41,827 nucleotides of DNA, taken from the IMG/VR virus record IMGVR_UViG_3300022173_000060, positions 1-41,827 of that record. One strand, given 5' to 3'. Of this stretch, positions 24,734 through 33,079 are shown piece by piece. This DNA is from a virus. Taxonomy: Duplodnaviria; Caudoviricetes. The stretch's first letter is position 1; each line of letters starts with the position of its first letter. A program made the translations under genes and the position numbers. The notes beneath the pieces were generated by a model that did no database searches, was not told the origin of the DNA, and was given only the letters and a program-made list of their open reading frames with translations.

Positions 24734-24839
24734 GGGTGTTTTGATGGTGGCGAGAAATCCCCTAACCGTTTCAACGGCCTTGGGGCAGCGAGCGAAGCGG
24801 TTCATCCCCGTAAAAATGCTGCGCCACCTTCAAAGCATC
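24734..24839 (+). ncRNA. stem-flanked structured RNA element
   Basis: GTGTTTTGATGGTGG ... CCACCTTCAAAGCA arms identical to those flanking the tRNA-like element at 18164-18308. Confidence 0.5.
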
Positions 24840-24864
24840 TACAGAGCGCTTACTTGGAGCAGGA

Positions 24865-25092
24865 ATGAAACTCGAAGACGTGTTAAACGCAGCGTGGGAA
24901 CTGGCGCATGAGCATGCATTGCGCGGTGGCCTGCGCTCTCAAAAAGAGGGTTCCATGCGCGCAGCAATCGAAGCCTACGGCGCTGAGTGCGCCAGGGGTG
25001 AGCGGGAGCGGTGCGCTAAGTTGGCGGAAACGCTTCGCCCGTGCCAGCGAGGAGACTGTGACGACCTAGCGGCTGCGATTCGTAAAGTCTAA
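24865..25092 (+). CDS. hypothetical protein
   Basis: ERERCAKLAE...LAAAIR motif; stop codon lies in GTCTAAC. Confidence 0.6.
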   Translation: MKLEDVLNAAWELAHEHALRGGLRSQKEGSMRAAIEAYGAECARGERERCAKLAETLRPCQRGDCDDLAAAIRKV

Positions 25093-25176
25093 CTCTCATA
25101 TGAACCAATGATGTTGACCGCCACGTCGCAAGCATTCTTCAAATGCACGCTGATCGAATTCGAGGGGAGCAAAGTA

Positions 25177-25485
25177 ATGGGTGAAGCAGAACTGCCGCCG
25201 ATGCCTGAGCACTTTTGCCCCATCGGGTTGCTTGGCGCTCCTGGGTACTTCCAGCGCCAAGCGCGCGAGTACGCAGAAGAGTATGCGCGTTTCTATGCAA
25301 CACCGCTGCTTGCGGAGATAGAGCGGCTGCGGTCAGACTACGAAAACGCCTGCAAGACCATCGCGCAAATGCACTTCGCTGCGACGGGATCGCTTGATGG
25401 CCCAAGGCTCGGAGTTGTTGACGACGTTCGTGCTCTGCGGGCGGAATTGGACTCGCTCAGGGCACCAAAGGACACCACACCATGA
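25177..25485 (+). CDS. hypothetical protein
   Basis: ELPPMP...REYA...AEIERLR..ACKTIA.MH.AA motifs; GAGGGGAG RBS. Confidence 0.55.
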   Translation: MGEAELPPMPEHFCPIGLLGAPGYFQRQAREYAEEYARFYATPLLAEIERLRSDYENACKTIAQMHFAATGSLDGPRLGVVDDVRALRAELDSLRAPKDTTP

Positions 25486-25519
25486 GCACCGCGCAAGAGA
25501 GGGCCAAGTGAGCACCGCA

Positions 25520-26065
25520 ATGCAATCCCGCGCCATGATGCAAGCCAAATTCAGCGACTGCGGCCATTTCCGCTACCTGCTGTGGGACGTGTGGGACGAC
25601 ACCAAGCCTGTGCTGCCGTGGTGCCTGTTCAACCCGAGCGTGGCCGGCGCACAAGTCGATGGCTCTATCAAATCCGATCCGACGTGGCGCAAGGGCGTCG
25701 GCTTCTCAAAGCGGCTCGGATACGGCGGCATGGTGTTCTGCAATCTTTTTGCATTTGTGTCCACCGACCCGGCTGGGCTCAAGACGGCAGGCTATCCTGT
25801 CGGCGATGAAAACCACGAAGCCATTTTGGCCGCATGCCGCATGGGCGAAGGCAAGGTAGTGTGCGCCTGGGGTGCGTTGGCGCGCGGACTTGACCGCCCG
25901 GCTCAGGTTTTGTCGTTGATTCTGCGTCACGGCTTCCAGCCGATGGCCCTTGGCTTCACCGCTGACGGGCTGCCGCGTCACCCGCTGATGCTCAGCTACA
26001 AAACGCCGCTTGAGCCGTTCACGGCAACTTCGCGCAGCTCTGCGCAACTGCCTCCAGCCGGCTGA
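25520..26065 (+). CDS. DUF1643 family protein
   Basis: A.FS.CG.FRY.L...W......NPS.A....DPT.R......GYG.....NLFA..ST.P...VCAWG...G.PRHPL. Confidence 0.85.
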   Translation: MQSRAMMQAKFSDCGHFRYLLWDVWDDTKPVLPWCLFNPSVAGAQVDGSIKSDPTWRKGVGFSKRLGYGGMVFCNLFAFVSTDPAGLKTAGYPVGDENHEAILAACRMGEGKVVCAWGALARGLDRPAQVLSLILRHGFQPMALGFTADGLPRHPLMLSYKTPLEPFTATSRSSAQLPPAG

Positions 26066-26285
26066 TGTAGGGCTCGGCCTGGTCCTGGTAGTTCCGCAGC
26101 GCCAGTACCCGCGCCCCCCGGTCTGCCTTGGGCAACTCTTTGTCGAGCACGAGCGGCGGTCGGGTCGGCACTTGGTCGGGCCTGACGCATGCAACCGGGG
26201 TAGGCACAAGCACTTTTTCAGGCACCGTTGCGACGCAGCCGGCCAGCGGTAGAATGAGGATGTGAGCAGCGGCGCGCAAGCGCAC
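26019..26285 (-). CDS. Rz1-like outer-membrane spanin lipoprotein
   Basis: Lipobox LAGC after a hydrophobic stretch; Pro-rich with paired Cys; follows Rz. Confidence 0.75.
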   Translation of the reverse strand: MRLRAAAHILILPLAGCVATVPEKVLVPTPVACVRPDQVPTRPPLVLDKELPKADRGARVLALRNYQDQAEPYISRLEAVAQSCAKLP

Positions 26286-26367
26286 ACGGCGCAGTTGTGG
26301 CCCTTTGGAACTGCGGCCCCTGTTGATGGCGACGGCCGTAGGGGGATGGAGGTCGGGCGCTCTCACA

Positions 26368-26688
26368 TCATTCCTTGTCCAGCAGATCAAATGCCGCATC
26401 ACAGGATTTCGGCACAGGCAGGGCCTTGCGCTGGGCGACACGGGCCTCGGCTGACTTGGCCGCTTGGGTAGTAGCCAAAAGCGCGGCGTCGAGCTTCTTG
26501 CGGGTTTCTTCGCCTTTCGTGGCAAGTGCTTCAACGGCCTTGTTCTGGTCTTCCAGCGCATCGGCAACTACGCGGCGCTCGATCTTGCAGGTTTCAAGCT
26601 GGGCGCCCTTGTACTTCCATGCCAGCGTTCCACCGGCCGCGAAGGATGCTGCTGCGATGCCGAAGGCAATGTAGAGCTGTGCAGCCAT
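26368..26688 (-). CDS. Rz-like inner-membrane spanin
   Basis: N-terminal TM, coiled coil, C-terminal Cys. Confidence 0.7.
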   Translation of the reverse strand: MAAQLYIAFGIAAASFAAGGTLAWKYKGAQLETCKIERRVVADALEDQNKAVEALATKGEETRKKLDAALLATTQAAKSAEARVAQRKALPVPKSCDAAFDLLDKE

Positions 26689-26924
26689 CAGGGGTTGCGC
26701 ATCCTCTCAAGCGCGTTTGAATGGGCCATAGCCGTCATTGCGATGCAGTTCAGTTTTGACGCATCCCAAATGAAGTTGTAGCTATCGCCCTCAACATAGC
26801 AGGCCACAAGCTCGGTTAGCTCGCCCCGGTCTGCGGCGTCAGCCATGCGGCGCAGTTCATCCGAAAGCCCGGCCGGCGCACGAAGTCCGAACTTGCCTTC
26901 GATTACCTTAAGCGGCTCTTTCAT
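26688..26924 (-). CDS. hypothetical protein
   Basis: LRRMADAADRGE motif; coupled. Confidence 0.55.
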   Translation of the reverse strand: MKEPLKVIEGKFGLRAPAGLSDELRRMADAADRGELTELVACYVEGDSYNFIWDASKLNCIAMTAMAHSNALERMRNP

Positions 26925-27020
26925 TCGTACCAGCTATCGTGTGACCAATCCGTCAGCCATCCGAGCAAGAACCCGACCACAAAGCCAGCCAGCGCAGCGC
27001 CGGCAATGACGAACACGACA

Positions 27021-27173
27021 TCACACCTTCTCGCCGATCTGCTTGAGCTTCTGCGCCCAGGCTTCAAGCCCGGCAGGGTCTCGCTTGAGGTAGTAGCGAT
27101 AGCCCATCGCGCCGACGATCAGGCCACCGGCCAGGAACAGGAGGTTTGCGATGCTGGGGAGAAATGCAGTCAT
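27021..27173 (-). CDS. 50-aa membrane peptide in the lysis cluster
   Basis: Manual translation MTAFLPSIANLLFLAGGLIVGAMGYRYYLKRD...; AAAGG RBS. Confidence 0.55.
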   Translation of the reverse strand: MTAFLPSIANLLFLAGGLIVGAMGYRYYLKRDPAGLEAWAQKLKQIGEKV

Positions 27174-27207
27174 GGTTGCCTTTCAGATGTGACTTTGTGC
27201 ATGAAGT

Positions 27208-27813
27208 CTACTCCATTGCAACCAAGCAAGTGGCATAGTTCCGGCGCCGCTCATCGGCTCCGTTCATGCCGCCGTTGATTGCTCGCGTCACGCTGTCAAT
27301 TCCACCGGCCGCGAGCGCTTCTGAGCACCCGGACTTGTCCCAGAACCAGCCGGCAGTGAGCGCGGCAAGTTCTGGTTGTGCTACCTTGTCAGGATCAGCC
27401 ACCAGATCGACGCCAAGCGCATCGCTTGCCGCACGGTAGTTCGCTTTGCCGGTGAGCTGGAACACGCCGCGCCCACGATAGCGCCAGCCATCATTCGGTT
27501 CTGTGTTGCCCATGCGCAGGCCATAGACGCGGTTCGCAAGGGCTTGTGGGTTGCGAGCCAGCGGGGCCGTGACTCCGGCATTCGCAAAGCGCTTTGGCCA
27601 CACTGCCACGATGCGCGCCGGATCGCGGTAGTACAGGCTTTCCTCCATGTGCGTGAAGTTGATCGACTCGTGCATGGCCTGGGCGATGAATGCGGCCTGC
27701 TGTTCGCGGGTTGTGATGCCGAATCGTTGGCATGCTGTCGCAAGCGGCTCAGCGAATGTGCGCGCTTGGGTCGGCTGCACTCCGCAGGCAATCAGGGTCG
27801 TGATGTTGATCAT
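27208..27813 (-). CDS. endolysin, glycoside hydrolase family 19
   Basis: AAFIAQAMHES...EESL.Y...ANRVYG.RMGN....DGWRYRGRG.FQLTGK.NY...TRAINGG.NG. Confidence 0.92.
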   Translation of the reverse strand: MINITTLIACGVQPTQARTFAEPLATACQRFGITTREQQAAFIAQAMHESINFTHMEESLYYRDPARIVAVWPKRFANAGVTAPLARNPQALANRVYGLRMGNTEPNDGWRYRGRGVFQLTGKANYRAASDALGVDLVADPDKVAQPELAALTAGWFWDKSGCSEALAAGGIDSVTRAINGGMNGADERRRNYATCLVAME

Positions 27814-28061
27814 GCCTTGCTTCTCCGCTCAACAGTCGCCTTGTATCGCTCGGTTAGTCTTGCAGCTTCAGGGTGCCGCATCCAACGTAAAACCATTGCG
27901 TTCAGCGCCACGTCGCAGACCGTGCAGAGGGGCCGATGGTTGTTCCCGTCCGCGCAAATCTGCCACTGGAAAACCGCCTGCCTGTCGCACCTGATGCAGC
28001 CCAGGCGCCGAATTCCGGCATCGGTATAAGGCTCTTTGCGCTTTGTGCCCCACCTAGTCAT
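27810..28061 (-). CDS. Cys-rich hypothetical protein
   Basis: PYT..GIRRL.C.RC....QWQICAD....RPLC..CD. Confidence 0.6.
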   Translation of the reverse strand: MTRWGTKRKEPYTDAGIRRLGCIRCDRQAVFQWQICADGNNHRPLCTVCDVALNAMVLRWMRHPEAARLTERYKATVERRSKA

Positions 28062-28324
28062 GTGTTCAGCGCAGCTAGCGCCTCGTCTACAGATTTCACG
28101 GTGGCAACCGGCCAGCCTGCGGCGATGAAGTCGGCCTGCAACTTGGTGTGCTTGCGCTCGCTGGGTGGCTTCGATCCGTCCTTCAGTTCCATCAAGATCA
28201 GCCGGCCGGCGCGGTGTACCAGCAAGTCCACCGGGAGTTTCAAATCGTAGGTCTTGGCGCCGGCAGCGTGTAGGGCTTTCACGATCTGGCTTTTGTTTGC
28301 ATCGGTGCGGGCTGCGCGGCGCAT
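28058..28324 (-). CDS. VRR-NUC-like nuclease / Holliday-junction resolvase
   Basis: RAARTDAN...IV.AL...G......PVDLLV.....LMELKDG.K......T..Q PD-(D/E)xK motif. Confidence 0.8.
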   Translation of the reverse strand: MRRAARTDANKSQIVKALHAAGAKTYDLKLPVDLLVHRAGRLILMELKDGSKPPSERKHTKLQADFIAAGWPVATVKSVDEALAALNT

Positions 28325-28330
28325 GTTCGA

Positions 28331-28540
28331 TTATCCGGGCTGCGGTGCGTTCGGGTCAATCTCACAAACGCGCCTTCCATTTGCGTCGGTCTTGAATCTG
28401 TATCCACCGCGCACTTCCCATTCGGATTCCTCACGGCGCTTGCGCTTCTCGTCTGCCTCGGTGTCTTCCTTCGTGCGCTCGATGGCTGGGCCAAGATCGC
28501 CCGGGATCGTGTCGCCGTGGCCTTCTGGTGTGGATTTCAT
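28331..28540 (-). CDS. hypothetical protein
   Basis: ATG coupled to the upstream stop. Confidence 0.45.
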   Translation of the reverse strand: MKSTPEGHGDTIPGDLGPAIERTKEDTEADEKRKRREESEWEVRGGYRFKTDANGRRVCEIDPNAPQPG

Positions 28541-28863
28541 GGCTTGCCATTCAACCAGTGCATGGCGCCGACTATAGCCACTCCGATAGCTGTTGCGGCA
28601 GCAGCAAGACCACCAAGGCCGATGATCACGCGCCTGATCCACTTCTTTGCAATGCGCCCTTGGTTCAAGTCTTCCAGCATCGAATAGTGCGTGTCGAGCT
28701 TTGCGCCGATGACACGAGTCAGCGAAGTGTTTTCGGCCACAGCCCATTCAATCTGCTTCATGCTGCCCTCGATTTCCTGCATGCGGGTCTCCCCCTGCGC
28801 AAGCCGCGACCTAATCGCGTCGAGCTGCGCCGGCATTGAATCTTCGGATACCTGAATGCTCAT
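28537..28863 (-). CDS. coiled-coil plus C-terminal TM protein (lysis-associated)
   Basis: RL..GETRM..IE...ENT.LT coiled coil then a TM segment; next to the holin. Confidence 0.6.
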   Translation of the reverse strand: MSIQVSEDSMPAQLDAIRSRLAQGETRMQEIEGSMKQIEWAVAENTSLTRVIGAKLDTHYSMLEDLNQGRIAKKWIRRVIIGLGGLAAAATAIGVAIVGAMHWLNGKP

Positions 28864-29117
28864 GGCACTTTCTCAACCGATGGGCTTTGATCTATCAGGC
28901 GCCCGATAGCTCCAGTGATTGCGAGAAACGCAGTCGCAGACGCGATCAGGGTTGCCCATGTCGTTTCAGCCGGCATGAATGGGACTCGCGCAGCAAGAAC
29001 CTCGGCCGACAGAAATGCTGTTGCACCCTGGATAGTGGCGATGCTACTGAATGCCCAGGTTGAATAAAAGCGCGGCCACTGCCGCCAGTCGTCTATGAGT
29101 TTCATATTCCGCTCCAT
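28860..29117 (-). CDS. putative holin
   Basis: MKLIDDWRQW.RFYS.W..., two TM segments, GRLIDQ ending. Confidence 0.7.
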   Translation of the reverse strand: MERNMKLIDDWRQWPRFYSTWAFSSIATIQGATAFLSAEVLAARVPFMPAETTWATLIASATAFLAITGAIGRLIDQSPSVEKVP

Positions 29118-31000
29118 CAGGGTTCGTTACCCAACTTCGATACGCGCAACCCAACCATGCGCCCAACCGTTCCGACAAGGCAATCCATGCCCAGCCCGAA
29201 GTACGCGCTGGATGCAGGCACAATGAACATGCAGTGCAGGTATTTCCAGGAACTCGTGAGCAAGTTTGCCTGTGAAATCAATTGCTGACCAACCTGGATC
29301 GCCCCCGCAGTATTGGCGGTAAGAATATCTACCCCGGCAGTGCCGGCCGTGGTCATCCTGAACCAGCCCGAAATCAAGTAGGTTTCACCCGGGCGGCACT
29401 TGATGCCAGTAGCTTTGACCGTCGCAAGGCTCGTGGTGTCCATGCTGTTCACACGGGATCGCCCGGTGGTAACGGCAGGCGTGAGTTGGATCGAGTTGAA
29501 GTATCCCGAGCCGCTTGGAATGTCGGCGTTCAGTGCAATTGCGCCAACACCGGTAACGTCAGTTTTGTACCAGGTCGCAATGTCGTTGCCTCGCACGTCT
29601 GTGCCGCGCAGATCAAGCAGGTTGTCAAGAGATGTTGATGCTGCCGGGAATACGGGTGTTGTGCCGCCACCCATTGGAAGTGAAGTCACATTGTTGAAAA
29701 CAACTCGGTTGCTTCCATCCCACATATGAGCCTGTGAGCTTCCGGAGCTGAATATCAAGCTGAGTTGGTTTTCCAGTCGGCTATCAGAAATCCTCACGTC
29801 CCATCCGGTTGCTGTGCCCATCTCCACGAATGCAGTGTTCGCGCCGGATGCTGCGGAGGACTTATTAAGTACGAAATCGGAAACCGTCAAAACCCCTGAC
29901 GTCCCCGAAAGCGCAGCCCAAGAAGCCGAAGCATTCGACCAGAACCCGAACGGCACATCGTGGAATGACGTGCTCCCACCGGACCCGGAGAACAATTGGC
30001 AGGCCGCTTCGATAATGCCACTCACGTCCAGAATACCGCCCGTAGTAGTGCGGAACGCAACACCAAGGGAAGTCTCTGTTTTCAGCAGATCACCACTAAC
30101 CCGCAGCACGCCGAGCAGCACATCTGCGATAATCGAATTGGTGTAGCTGTAAACACCAGGGTTCACAATCTCCCACTCGTTGCGGCTTGCTGAAATTTCA
30201 CCGTTCATTTCCAGGAAACCGTTCGCCTGGTTCATGTAGACCACACATTCGACACCGCGCGAGCGGAAACCATAGATGTGGTTTTCAGACTGAGGGGCAT
30301 CTACGGCAACGGTTGGAGAAAGCTCTCCAAACAGAATGCCCCTTAAGGAATCGTCAATCGCAAGGCCGAAGAATTGGTTTGATTTTGCTGGGGCTCCGGC
30401 GGACGCCGAGTGCCAATAGATTGCCGAATCGTAATTGGCCTTCCAGTTACCAGAAAGGCCCATGCCGTAAACCTTGCAGAATGACGCCTGCCAATCAATG
30501 AGGCCCTTCTGTGCAGCTGTATCGACCGCGATTATCTGCGCTCCATTGAAAAAGTAAGAAAGGCCGACGCCGCTGAATGTCAGCTTCTTGACATAGTAGC
30601 GTCCTTGCGGAAAGAACAGGGACTTTCCGCTGTCGATGGCAGCCTGCACGTTGGTTGTGATATCTAGAACCGTGAGTGCTGTTACAGCCGCCTTTTCTGC
30701 TGCCGTAAGCCAGTCAAACACATTGCGATAACGCTCGTTGATTTCGTGCTGCGTCGTTGCCTGACTTCCTGATAGCGTACTTTTGGTGCCGACAAGAAAA
30801 TCACCAAGTGTTGTGCTTGCGGTGCTTGCAAGGTCTGAACGAATCAGTGCGTCGCCGGCCGAGATTGAATCGTAGTTCTGTCGAATGAACGCAGACAAAG
30901 CCCGCAAGTAGTCATCCCCAAGATTTGGGGAGTCCGCATCTGCCGGTGAATTGAGCGCGATTGTCGCGTTCAGGTCGGTAATTACTGCTGGAACTGGCAT
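29117..31000 (-). CDS. tailspike / receptor-binding protein
   Basis: N-terminal anchor, then D.T.NVQAAIDSGKSLFFPQGRY beta-helix start, and a C-terminal carbohydrate-binding-like jelly roll. Confidence 0.8.
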   Translation of the reverse strand: MPVPAVITDLNATIALNSPADADSPNLGDDYLRALSAFIRQNYDSISAGDALIRSDLASTASTTLGDFLVGTKSTLSGSQATTQHEINERYRNVFDWLTAAEKAAVTALTVLDITTNVQAAIDSGKSLFFPQGRYYVKKLTFSGVGLSYFFNGAQIIAVDTAAQKGLIDWQASFCKVYGMGLSGNWKANYDSAIYWHSASAGAPAKSNQFFGLAIDDSLRGILFGELSPTVAVDAPQSENHIYGFRSRGVECVVYMNQANGFLEMNGEISASRNEWEIVNPGVYSYTNSIIADVLLGVLRVSGDLLKTETSLGVAFRTTTGGILDVSGIIEAACQLFSGSGGSTSFHDVPFGFWSNASASWAALSGTSGVLTVSDFVLNKSSAASGANTAFVEMGTATGWDVRISDSRLENQLSLIFSSGSSQAHMWDGSNRVVFNNVTSLPMGGGTTPVFPAASTSLDNLLDLRGTDVRGNDIATWYKTDVTGVGAIALNADIPSGSGYFNSIQLTPAVTTGRSRVNSMDTTSLATVKATGIKCRPGETYLISGWFRMTTAGTAGVDILTANTAGAIQVGQQLISQANLLTSSWKYLHCMFIVPASSAYFGLGMDCLVGTVGRMVGLRVSKLGNEP

Positions 31001-31001
31001 G

Positions 31002-31550
31002 TTAGATTACCGTGTATTGACCTACGATTCTGCGCGCCTGCACTCCAGCAACAGATGCGTTCCAGATGAATGTTAGCCTGTCGTTTGCGGTGTCGGCGAA
31101 TACATATCCAGGGTCCTCCCCAGTAACTCCACCAATCCCGGTCGCATGGTCACCGCTTGAGAAATTCGAGGCAACCGGTAGAGAAATTCCGATTTGCGTT
31201 TGAGTTCCGCCAGTTGCAGAAGCTTGGGCCTCTAAGATGATTGCATACTGGACGATATTTCCGACCCTCATGTATGAGGCATATCTAGCAAGTAGGTTGA
31301 TTGCGTTCCCGACATTGGTTAGCGTTGGCGTCCAGGTTCCTGGCGTCAATGTCCCGGTTGGATTGCCCGCAAAAACTGGCGTCGTCAGCGTGCCCGTGCT
31401 AGACGTGCCGTTGAGTTTGTCACGCAATGAAGCAATGAACGAAGCATGTGCGCGAATCACGTCATCGCCGCCGTTCGGAGTGTCGCTGTCCTGCGGGTAA
31501 TTTGTGCCGGCAGTCGTGCTCAGGTCGTCAATGGTCGTTGGAATTGGCAT
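31002..31550 (-). CDS. short tail fibre/adaptor protein
   Basis: N-terminus paralogous to the tailspike; GTWTPTL...Y.RVGNIV...ISLPV fibre domain. Confidence 0.7.
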   Translation of the reverse strand: MPIPTTIDDLSTTAGTNYPQDSDTPNGGDDVIRAHASFIASLRDKLNGTSSTGTLTTPVFAGNPTGTLTPGTWTPTLTNVGNAINLLARYASYMRVGNIVQYAIILEAQASATGGTQTQIGISLPVASNFSSGDHATGIGGVTGEDPGYVFADTANDRLTFIWNASVAGVQARRIVGQYTVI

Positions 31551-33079
31551 TACTCAACTCCCAAGAGTGATTTTAGACCGGACGAGCCAACCGGAACACC
31601 AGTCGCCTTTAGCACGAGTTCACCAGTCGGGCCAATATCGAGCAATCCGTTTCTAAGATAGCTCTGAATCACCGGATGCCGATACGCGGCCCCGCCTATG
31701 GCATTTGCTGCCATCAATGGAACGCCAGTAATCGGATTGCCATACATCATCATTTGGTTAAGGTTCCCGCTGTTCGGATTGATCGCAGACTTGATGCCCT
31801 CTCCTATGCGAGCAACATCCGTTAGTGGCCCGGATGTTCCGCCAGTCCTGAATCCAGGCTGCGCCCTGAGTTGTTGCGCCACCCTGGCCGCGCTCACATC
31901 ACCACCTTCTGCAACCAACCCCTTTGTGATCGCCTTGAAGCTTCCCCATTGATCTCGCGCGACTTTCCATGCCGCTTGATCTGCCGGGGATAGACTTTTC
32001 TCAGCCGCCGCATCCAACGCAGCGCGCACACCCTTTGCGGCCTGCCCGAGAGTTGCATCCCCGCCCTTGAATGCCTTGGTGGCTTGGTTCGATAGCTCGG
32101 TGCGGATTTCCTTGTATGCCTTGCCGGATACGTTGCCCTGCGATGCCAAATCAAGGGCTTTCCCGAGAAGGCTATCAATAGCTGAGTCTCGAAATGGCCC
32201 GCGCGCCGCATTGTTCTGCTCGATAGTCACCAGCGCATTCACGAAGTCATTTCCAAGTCGCGGCGCCGTCACTGCCTGCAAGCGTTGAAATTCACTTCCA
32301 ATGGTGTCCTCTGCGGCCTTCAGAACTCCAGGCCCGAGGTTGTCTGCCTGCTGTCCAATTGACGATGCCGCAGCCTTGTTTAGCGCCCCTTGGTTCTTGC
32401 GCGTAATAGCTTGCATTGCTCCACTCGAACCGGGCGAGCGCGCAAGGTAGTTTTCAATGTTCAGAAGCGCCGGGTTTTGCGTGGCCTGACCGGCCAGCGC
32501 CTTGAAGCCGATCCGATCCGCTGCTAGCATGGCCTCTCTGTTTGGATTCACGCCGATTCCGGCTGGCTTCAGAGCTGTTCCAAGTAGGCCGGCTACACCG
32601 CGCCCAATTGCCCCCCCGGCAGCGCCAACGGCACCCTTTGACAGTCTCTCTCCGGTCGTTCCATAGGACAACAACTCAGGCGCCGCGCCCGCGATCATTG
32701 CCCCAAGGTACCCCGATCCTGCGCCCGGAACAGCCAATGCCGGCGCGGCCTCACCAAGCCCGGTAATGAATGGCCGCTCTTTCTTCAGTGGCGCATAGGT
32801 CGCAGCCGCTTCGGCCTCATTCTGCGCAAGACCTGACAATGCCTTTTCGTCACCTTTGGCCTTCAAGTAAAGCTGTGTGATTCCGCTCAGTATTTTGTCT
32901 GTCCCGCGCCCGGCCGCAACCGCCAGCGCCTCGCCTGGGCCGGTTTGCTTGGCGAGCATCTGTGCGCCACTTTCCTGCGGCTTGGGCATGTTCGCCTGAA
33001 TTGCGCTCGCAATCTGGTCGTCGCTCATCCCGTCAGGGAATTCGACAATACCCATTCCGGGAACTTCAACGCGCTTCAT
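31550..33079 (-). CDS. internal virion (DNA ejection) protein
   Basis: VEVPG.GIVEFPDGMSDDQI N-terminus; Ala/Gly-rich helical; position before fibres. Confidence 0.7.
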   Translation of the reverse strand: MKRVEVPGMGIVEFPDGMSDDQIASAIQANMPKPQESGAQMLAKQTGPGEALAVAAGRGTDKILSGITQLYLKAKGDEKALSGLAQNEAEAAATYAPLKKERPFITGLGEAAPALAVPGAGSGYLGAMIAGAAPELLSYGTTGERLSKGAVGAAGGAIGRGVAGLLGTALKPAGIGVNPNREAMLAADRIGFKALAGQATQNPALLNIENYLARSPGSSGAMQAITRKNQGALNKAAASSIGQQADNLGPGVLKAAEDTIGSEFQRLQAVTAPRLGNDFVNALVTIEQNNAARGPFRDSAIDSLLGKALDLASQGNVSGKAYKEIRTELSNQATKAFKGGDATLGQAAKGVRAALDAAAEKSLSPADQAAWKVARDQWGSFKAITKGLVAEGGDVSAARVAQQLRAQPGFRTGGTSGPLTDVARIGEGIKSAINPNSGNLNQMMMYGNPITGVPLMAANAIGGAAYRHPVIQSYLRNGLLDIGPTGELVLKATGVPVGSSGLKSLLGVE

